DNA of 58,058 nt, the filler included, from Basidiobolus ranarum (lineage: Eukaryota), in NCBI GenBank assembly GCA_040143965.1. It is 5 parts of 5 records of this genome, joined end to end, with 100 filler letters (N's around TTAATTAATTAA, not from the genome) between each part and the next. Parts side by side here need not be neighbours in the genome. Positions count along the whole stretch, not along the records: positions 46,566 to 58,058 come from JASJQH010007483.1; 4 more parts are not named here. One strand, 5' to 3'. The translations under genes and the position numbers were made by a program. This document shows, piece after piece, positions 50,631 to 58,058 of the stretch. The notes beneath the pieces were generated by a model. It was not told where the DNA came from and searched no databases. It saw only the letters and a list, made by a program, of their open reading frames with translations. Within the stretch, counting starts at the first letter, position 1. Every line of letters begins with the position of its first letter.

Positions 50631-53600
50631 CTACAGAACTTCAACCGACTCTTTTTCAGTTTTCGCCTGATTTTGATCAAGATAGTTGAAGAAAGTGGAC
50701 TCAGTCATATCAACTGGGATGGCGTTGTCCGTGGCATTTCCACCACCAACAGTAGTGGCCACTAGACTGGGGAATACTGCCGCGGCGTAGACTTGGTTGT
50801 GCTCTTCCTTGGTAGAGTGAAGTCTTCCACCTGATTTGGCTGTAGACAACTCCTCTCTCACTTGCTTTGATGGTGAGCCCCAACCATTTCCTCTGGGGTT
50901 TTCCAAGTCCTCTTTATCAGAGGATACACCAAAAATAGAGTTAGGAATACAACGGATGAAAGCTCCAATAGGTATAGAAAGCATTCCAATCACAATAGAA
51001 ATGACCCAATAGAGCCAGCCAATTTTGACGGTATTGAATGCGGCTCCTCCAAAGTTAACAATCAATGCTTGTCCAAGAGCCATTATAAAGAAAATCACAA
51101 CAAAGTAGGTGTTCTTGTGAATATTGTAGAAAATGTTGAGCTTGTTATCCAATCTACGGCAATTGACTTCATTGAAAATTTGCATAAACACAAAGGTGTT
51201 GAAAACGAGAGTTCTGAGTTCCTTCTTCTGTGAATCAGTTTGAGTATCGATATTCAAGATTGATGGTCCGGCATATAATATGGTGAAAGACACTACTATT
51301 TGGAAGATTGCTTGACCAAGGATCATTTTCCACATAGTAAAGGTGATCAGAGAAGCGGTACGCGGAGTGGGGGCTCTATCCAAAAGTTCGGGAGTAGGAG
51401 GATCGGTAGCCAGGGCTAAAGCAGCAAGAGTGTCCATGATAAGATTCACCCAAAGAAGTTGAACAGCGGTGAGAACAGATTCTTGATTTATATCTACTAC
51501 AGCACTGACAAATGCTAAGATGACAGCGGTAACATTAACAGTAAGTTGGAATTGCAAGAATTTCTTGACAGCATCATTCACACTTCTACCCCAGCAAACA
51601 GCTTTGACAATGGAAGAGAAGTTATCATCCATAAGAATGATAGATGAAGCTTCTTTGGCAACTTCAGTTCCGGCAATACCCATACTGAAACCAATGTCAG
51701 CTAACTTCAAGGCAGGGCCATCGTTAGTTCCATCTCCAGTAACAGCAACAACTTCGCCTAATTCCTGAAGTTTACAAACAAGAACCTTTTTATCCTCTGG
51801 ACTACTACGTGCGAGTACTTGTAGACGAGGTAGGATTGCCATCATTTGATGATGAGTAAGCTTTCTAAAGCGGGGACCTTCCATGACAAGGCCATTTTGA
51901 TTGTAAATACCACACTTGGTTGCAATTGATTTGGCGGTCAGTACGTTATCACCGGTAACCATTCGAACAGTAATACCAGCTTTTTGGCAGGCCAGAACGG
52001 CTTCGGGAACACCAGGTCTGAGTGGATCTTCAATACCAACCACTCCTATCCAGGTCATACCTTCCTCAAAAGCACTATCGTCATCATCCTCAATCATATA
52101 ATCAAAGTCTTTGTAAGCCAAACCGATTGTCCGCAATGAATTAGAGGCATACAAAGTAATGGTATCGGTGATTCCTGCCTTCAATTCAGCAGTTAAAGCT
52201 TCAGTGGAGATAGTCTCTTGGGAGGCTTCAGAGTTGAGAAGAAGATGGCATCTATCAAGAATGATCTCAGACGCACCCTTGACGTACAGGCGGTAGAATT
52301 CTCTATCATTGTTCGACATACGAACCAATGTAGACATGCTCTTTTTAGCACTACTGAAAGGCCACTGTTGAGCAATAGCATAACGTTCACGAATTTCTTG
52401 GTAATTAGCACCGCTCATATTATGTATCCAATCCAGCATAGCGGTCTCCGTCTTGGAGCCTACAAATGAACGCTTTCCTTCGGAATCTACTCCCTCAAAA
52501 GCACTTGAATTAATAGCAACCGATTCATGGATGAGGTCAGTGACAGATTCGGTGAGATTCTCAGCGATTTGATCGAACTCGATTTGCTGAGCAATAGGAA
52601 GTTGAGGCTGACGTTCAGTTGATGATATACTACCACTTTGGACGAAAGATAATGTAGAACCAATGACACCAGCAACGACTGTCATCTTGTTTTGGGTCAA
52701 GGTACCGGTTTTATCGGAGCAAATTGCAGTGGCACTACCCATGGTCTCACAAGCTGCTAACACACGGACCAAATTGTTATCTTTAAGCATTTTGGTGGTA
52801 GCGAAAGCAAGTGCGAGAGTGACAGCAAGTGGTAGACCTTCAGGAACAGCAACTACTACGATAGTAATTGTAGTGATGAAGATTCCAACCAGTCTATTGA
52901 CAATATATGTTGCCTCGGGGATTTTGTCCTTGAATGGAATTAAGAACTGAAGTAAAAGAACAATCAACATGACTAAGGCGGCGGCACCACCAAGTTTAGC
53001 GATGGTTTCTGCTAAATGATTAAGCTTTAGTTGAAGAGGAGTTTCAACCGATTCAGCCCGAAGACTCATCATAGTACGACCGTTGAAACTATTCACACCC
53101 ACAGCGACAACTACACATACTCCTACACCCTCTAAAACCTTGGAACCACTGATAAGAAATGGGTCAGGAAGGTGTCTAGATGTAGAAGTCTCGATTTCCT
53201 TGATACAGTCTTGAATGGAGAGTTTTCTTAAGGAGTCAGATTCACCAGTGACTGCGCTCTCGTCACATTTCAAGTTGTAACCAGAAATGAAGATACCATC
53301 ACCAGCGACAATGTCACCTGGCTCTAAATGAAGGATATCACCAACTAAAAGATCGTGAATAGAAATAAGGCAAGTAGCGCCGTTGCGGGTGACTCTGATC
53401 TCGCGGTCTTCTTTCTTGCGATTAAGATTTCTGAATTGCTTTTCCTTTTGAAAATCATTGATACTACCCACAAGGACGACAATCAAGATAGCAATGATGA
53501 TAGCGAATCCTTCAACCCAATGAACGTCCGCTCCGTCGGTTGAGGTGACATCTTGGTAAATTCCAAGTGCAAGTGAGATAAGTGCAGCAACAGTAAGAAG

Positions 53601-53972
53601 TCTCAGCATTTTATCTTCGTATGCCATCCACATTAATTGAAAGATATTCTTAGCTTTAGTCTCTGGTAGTGTGTTGGTGCCAAATACTTGACGACGTTGA
53701 TCGAGACTATCAGAGTTCACTCCAATTTTAGCTTTAGTTACAGAGTCAGAACTTGGGTTATTCCCGTTATACAACGAGTCAACAGTTAGTCCTTCCTCTG
53801 CGTTAGTTTGAAGTCCACTGAGTATACCAGTTATACCGTTATGACGTTCAAGACTTTTTAAATCTTTGTTGTCTACCCACTCCATTATTTCTGGAGGGGT
53901 GAAAGAAAAGGAGGTCTCGTTAAAGTGGCCCATTTCCACTTGTACACCCTCTTTGTCGATGTTTTCAACCAT
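50631..53972 (-). CDS. PMC1: P2B (PMCA-type) Ca2+-transporting ATPase, intronless
   Basis: 1113-aa ORF with DESAVTGESD, VAVPEGLPLAVT, CSDKTGTLT, KGASE, MVTGDN, TGDGTNDGPALK, QFQLTVNV, QLLWVNLIMDT. Confidence 0.95.
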   Translation of the reverse strand: MVENIDKEGVQVEMGHFNETSFSFTPPEIMEWVDNKDLKSLERHNGITGILSGLQTNAEEGLTVDSLYNGNNPSSDSVTKAKIGVNSDSLDQRRQVFGTNTLPETKAKNIFQLMWMAYEDKMLRLLTVAALISLALGIYQDVTSTDGADVHWVEGFAIIIAILIVVLVGSINDFQKEKQFRNLNRKKEDREIRVTRNGATCLISIHDLLVGDILHLEPGDIVAGDGIFISGYNLKCDESAVTGESDSLRKLSIQDCIKEIETSTSRHLPDPFLISGSKVLEGVGVCVVVAVGVNSFNGRTMMSLRAESVETPLQLKLNHLAETIAKLGGAAALVMLIVLLLQFLIPFKDKIPEATYIVNRLVGIFITTITIVVVAVPEGLPLAVTLALAFATTKMLKDNNLVRVLAACETMGSATAICSDKTGTLTQNKMTVVAGVIGSTLSFVQSGSISSTERQPQLPIAQQIEFDQIAENLTESVTDLIHESVAINSSAFEGVDSEGKRSFVGSKTETAMLDWIHNMSGANYQEIRERYAIAQQWPFSSAKKSMSTLVRMSNNDREFYRLYVKGASEIILDRCHLLLNSEASQETISTEALTAELKAGITDTITLYASNSLRTIGLAYKDFDYMIEDDDDSAFEEGMTWIGVVGIEDPLRPGVPEAVLACQKAGITVRMVTGDNVLTAKSIATKCGIYNQNGLVMEGPRFRKLTHHQMMAILPRLQVLARSSPEDKKVLVCKLQELGEVVAVTGDGTNDGPALKLADIGFSMGIAGTEVAKEASSIILMDDNFSSIVKAVCWGRSVNDAVKKFLQFQLTVNVTAVILAFVSAVVDINQESVLTAVQLLWVNLIMDTLAALALATDPPTPELLDRAPTPRTASLITFTMWKMILGQAIFQIVVSFTILYAGPSILNIDTQTDSQKKELRTLVFNTFVFMQIFNEVNCRRLDNKLNIFYNIHKNTYFVVIFFIMALGQALIVNFGGAAFNTVKIGWLYWVISIVIGMLSIPIGAFIRCIPNSIFGVSSDKEDLENPRGNGWGSPSKQVREELSTAKSGGRLHSTKEEHNQVYAAAVFPSLVATTVGGGNATDNAIPVDMTESTFFNYLDQNQAKTEKESVEVL

Positions 53973-55206
53973 ATTAAGGTTTGAAGGTGGTGTAAGAAGC
54001 GCTAGTTAGTAACTGGCAGCAAATATAGATGGTGTATTGGTAGTATAATTTGTAACGCTAGAAAATTGAAGCAGATAGACCCAACTTGATAGATAGATAA
54101 GAAGAGCAGAGTTATTCAGGTGCTGTGGAGAGTGTGAAGTTAGTTTTAAAGTTGGGCTGAATGGGGGAATTTAAAGGAAATAAGAGAAATTGGAATTCAC
54201 GTGTCTTAATCTTGCCAAGTTCAGTCAACTCACCCTCAAGGTGATCAATACCACTACGGCAACTAATAACCTTAACAACAATTTACTACTAAACCCTATG
54301 TCTTAAAATAAACAATGGTAGAAATTCTGAGCTCATCCAGTCTCAGGTCAGACAAAGTATTAATCGTAGAAACACATGCCAATATCAAGCATATCGATAT
54401 TATTCAATGGGAATTCTCTAGATGCGGATAATTCCGGTGGGTGGATTAGGAAATATATATGGATTCAGGTGAGTTCGACTTAGCATTGTATCACTTTAAT
54501 CTCACTTGGCGATGAGGATAGAATCATGGATGGAATCTACTTCATGGAATATTCGAAACTGTGAATAAATTAATCAATGATATGCACCTACGATTAGGGT
54601 TAGGGTTACTCAAAGCTTTGCATACACGTCAATCTACCCTAGCTTACAATATTCAGTATCCATAAATCGGCCAATACTTGAATTCCATTCGGGCCAGGGG
54701 ATGCAGTAGCTGCTCACGTTCTCATGGATCATTATCTCATCGGATGACATATGCGGTCGTTAGTTTTAGCAGCGTAGAGTAGTTGAATGAATGTCACATA
54801 CTCCACCCATCTGGTTATGTCCAGATCCAATCAAATAGCTGGGTTTTAAAGTTTTCTTGGGTAACTACTAGTGCACATATTGAGTACATACTGGATCTTA
54901 GCACTGACCCGCCTAGTTAGCACCCGATCGTTCTAACCACCCACAGGATCCTTCTCCTCAGAAATCTTAGTTTGGCGTGAGTGTCTCTGGGCTGAACAGC
55001 ATGGAGCAAAAGTAGTCAAGATACACGAAACTTGAGCGAAAGGAATATTCCAATCTAATCTTTAACCTAATCCAAACTTAACTGCTGTACAACCTAAACA
55101 TGTTTACTTATCACGTGATTCCCCCGTCATTACTTTGAAAATTAGTGAACTCTTTGTCGATCACCAAGATACGTTATTAGAGTCAAATGGATATTCAAGT
55201 GAATAT

Positions 55207-55284
55207 TCTTAGTTAGTATAATTGTAATGCATCTTAGTTAGTATTGTAATGCATCTTAGTTAGTATAATTGTAATGCATCTTAG
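55207..55284. repeat. Tandem repeat, about 3 copies of a 22-25 bp unit
   Basis: TCTTAGTTAGTATAATTGTAATGCA units; the middle copy lacks 3 bp. Confidence 0.85.
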
Positions 55285-57797
55285 GGCTGTAATGATACTC
55301 ATAATGATATTCCCCCTATATGGATCTGAAGCGCTCCATATGGAAAGGATGCTGAAAACTGTTGATGGATAAGGTAATAGGGATGGTGAAATTCGATTGA
55401 TAAGGTGCGGCGCTGGTCGAGGGTGCCAGTGGTAGAGGTGCATTGTATAGGTGTACAGTATATGAATAATAGTAAGGTTGATACAGTAGGTATTACATTG
55501 AGTATATGAGTATAGTATAGGGTTCGTATATGAATATACTATTGTATATGTATGTGTGATGGTATAACAGCATTAATATTAACTCGCGTGCAAGCAACTC
55601 GGGTACATCGAGCGCGTAATTTTATTGTGCTACATCATCACTTTATTGACGTAAGACACACCACCAATACTAGAATTCCATAGAGTGGTGGTACCGCCAA
55701 GGTTTGTGTGTTGTCAGTGGTTCCATTGGGTATTAACATATTTTCTTGACCATTACGCTATTTATATTTATATATATTTATATTATGGAAAATGAATTGG
55801 ACGAGGTGCAAATGGCTGAGAGTAGACTTCGGTAAACGCTTAACTATTTTCAGTAAATCATCAAAACATCTGGCGCAAGCAAATTCCAATAGAAGATATA
55901 TCGGCGGTTGCTGGTAGCACTCACTTTTACTAAAGAAACCCAAAGATCTCCGGAATATCTGATATCCGATGGAAAAACTGTTAAAGTAAGTATAGAAAGG
56001 GGAGGGAACTAGGAGACAGGAATGAAGTAGAATTTGGAAATGGTGGATGATGGGTGGGTGAGGGGGTGATGGACGATGGACGATGGATGATGATAATGGT
56101 GATTGTTATCCAAGCATCATCACTTATTTGGTTCACCCCATTCCACCCCATCCAGGCTAAACTTATCGGTAGTTTGATTAAATGAAGGTAACACGAGCAG
56201 AGTCATGTAATTGGTATTGTTCTCTAAATGAACGAAGAGTCACGACCAAGATGATTTGGAATTAACCAAGAAACCTTTTCTGATTTAAACTAATCAACTT
56301 CCACGGGGCCCTGAGCGTATTATGTAACTACCAGGTTCATATTAATATTAATGTTATTGTATTGTGTTGTGTTGTACTGCTTATTGTAAGTGCACTCTAA
56401 TCAGATCTTACTTCGACACATCCCATAATAGTTCTGGTTTGATAATGAGCTGCGACTACCCTTGGCATGATGTAAGAATAGTTCGAGGCAAATGGAACTA
56501 GTCACCGAGCAAGCAATTAATATTGATTCAACTATGGAAGAATCGAACAAGCTTTGTGTCCTTCATTTTTACCCTCCGCTTTATGTTGGTCATGGTATAC
56601 TTATTATACTTATCACTCAACGTTAAATGCACCAATCAAGATTATTATGATAGTGATGGCTAAGCCTGGCATATTCTTTGGCGTCTAAACGGGTAAATAG
56701 CTACTGAATATGTAGATGTAATATGTAGATGCTTACATATATAGATCGGAAGCTGCAGACAGTATTATTATATATTTCAGTATAATATATATGCTAGAAG
56801 TACATGTTCCTTACGAGATTAGTTTATTTATTGGGTGCATCATAATTTTATAGAGCTAACCATACTTTGACAAAATCTAGTCAAGAGTGGTTTCTCAAAG
56901 GTAGTGGAATCTTGTCCTCGTTGATATTGGACATATACTTGTAAATTTATTCAAATATCTACGTGAAAGAGCGTCAAGAACACTGAATAAGAAATGATGA
57001 AATATAAATACTTAAATCGTATCAAGTTATATATTACACTATATATATGTGACAGTATCTAATAGAATTCAGAAAACTTATCTAGTACAATAAAACTGCA
57101 ATGAATGGTTCAGGTGCTATCAAAGTGCTCAATAGTTAGGAAATAGATGAATACATTATTGCCATTTTTATGCAGTGAAATTTATAGTGTCATATTTGTG
57201 CTTTGAATATTCAACTTCTTTAGGTGTGTGTTTACCTTTACTCACAATCTAACTAACATGTGAATTGAGAATATAAGCTTGTTTTTGTTATTGGTAATTG
57301 CAGTCAAATATTGATATTCAAAATTAGTAATCCTATTTAATGATTGATGTAACTTATTTATGAATCAATAAAATCTATATCTTGACCAATACCTATCTAT
57401 CAATTCATATCTGTCTTGCCTGATCATGTGTTTATTTCTTATCCTACTTTCCAACTATTAATCATTTTGTATTGGTCTTCCTCCACTATCCAAGCCTAAC
57501 AGTATTACCAAGACATCACCAATTTTAAGACTGACTAACATACTATTCTCTTACCCAATCTGTTGGAGGATCTTGACATAATGGGGGTAGACTTTGAGTA
57601 TTAGAAGCAACTTATGATAGTGTGTTTTAGTTAGTTTATTCTCAAGAGTATATGGTGACTTATATGGTAGAAAAGTAAATCAATTGTTTGAGATATTCAG
57701 GAGTTTGTGTAATAAGATATAATTGATAACCCTATGAAAAGTATGGGAAGGAATACCAGAGGAAGACCAGAGAAAACACAAATATAGGGGTAGTAAC

Positions 57798-58058
57798 TGT
57801 TGAAATTAGCATTGCCTAAGCACCTATATAGTCATATATAGCTTAGTACTTAGTTATCTTGTAATTCACTAAGATATTATCAATTATTCTCAATCGGAAT
57901 TTACTTAGAATATTTTTACCAACTTAGAAGTTCTCAGATATATAGAATTTTCAAACTTGTGCTAGAAGCCCCAAACTTTGCACACATGTTCCTGGGACCT
58001 TCCTTAACATATTCTACACGTTAGTTTGTTTACATCTTGACAAAACTATAAATGTCAA
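57798..58058 (+). mobile_element. LTR of the copia-type family, truncated at window end
   Basis: Starts TGTTGAAATTAGCATTGCC and is the reverse complement of the distal 260 bp of 12370-12717 and 28771-29118. Confidence 0.9.

Noticed and set aside
54594..54608. Telomeric TTAGGG repeats
   Set aside because: Only 2.5 internal units; chance or a single factor site.
55207..55284. CRISPR-like array
   Set aside because: No unique spacers, eukaryotic context, no cas genes.

Overview
AT-rich eukaryotic genomic DNA with many short GT-AG introns. The gene content (fungal-type CSL factor, PSP1, OST3/6, PMC1, AZUL-HECT ligase) points to a fungus, probably early-diverging (inference). The window is not one locus: it is five contigs of steadily decreasing length (11599, 11548, 11511, 11507, 11493 bp) joined by identical 100-bp N44-TTAATTAATTAA-N44 linkers, so gene order across linkers means nothing. 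Contig 1: cytochrome b561 protein, DIC1-like mitochondrial carrier and an SRPK/Sky1 kinase with one in-frame TGA at a conserved Trp. Contig 2: 5' end of a Ty1/copia element with a half-tRNAiMet-type PBS, a SulP/STAS transporter and RAD3/XPD (hidden 5-nt first exon). Contig 3: PSP1 3' fragment and two intronless secreted SMP-30/gluconolactonase paralogues flanking a nest of LTRs. Contig 4: OST3/6 (partial), TBC Rab-GAP, UBE3A-like AZUL-HECT ligase (partial). Contig 5: tRNA-Pro/tRNA-Val pair, a CSL transcription factor with CSL consensus sites upstream, intronless PMC1 and another LTR. Best leads are the SRPK UGA, the candidate horizontally acquired lactonase pair, the self-nesting LTR family and possible CSL autoregulation. 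All calls are by eye; no searches were run.
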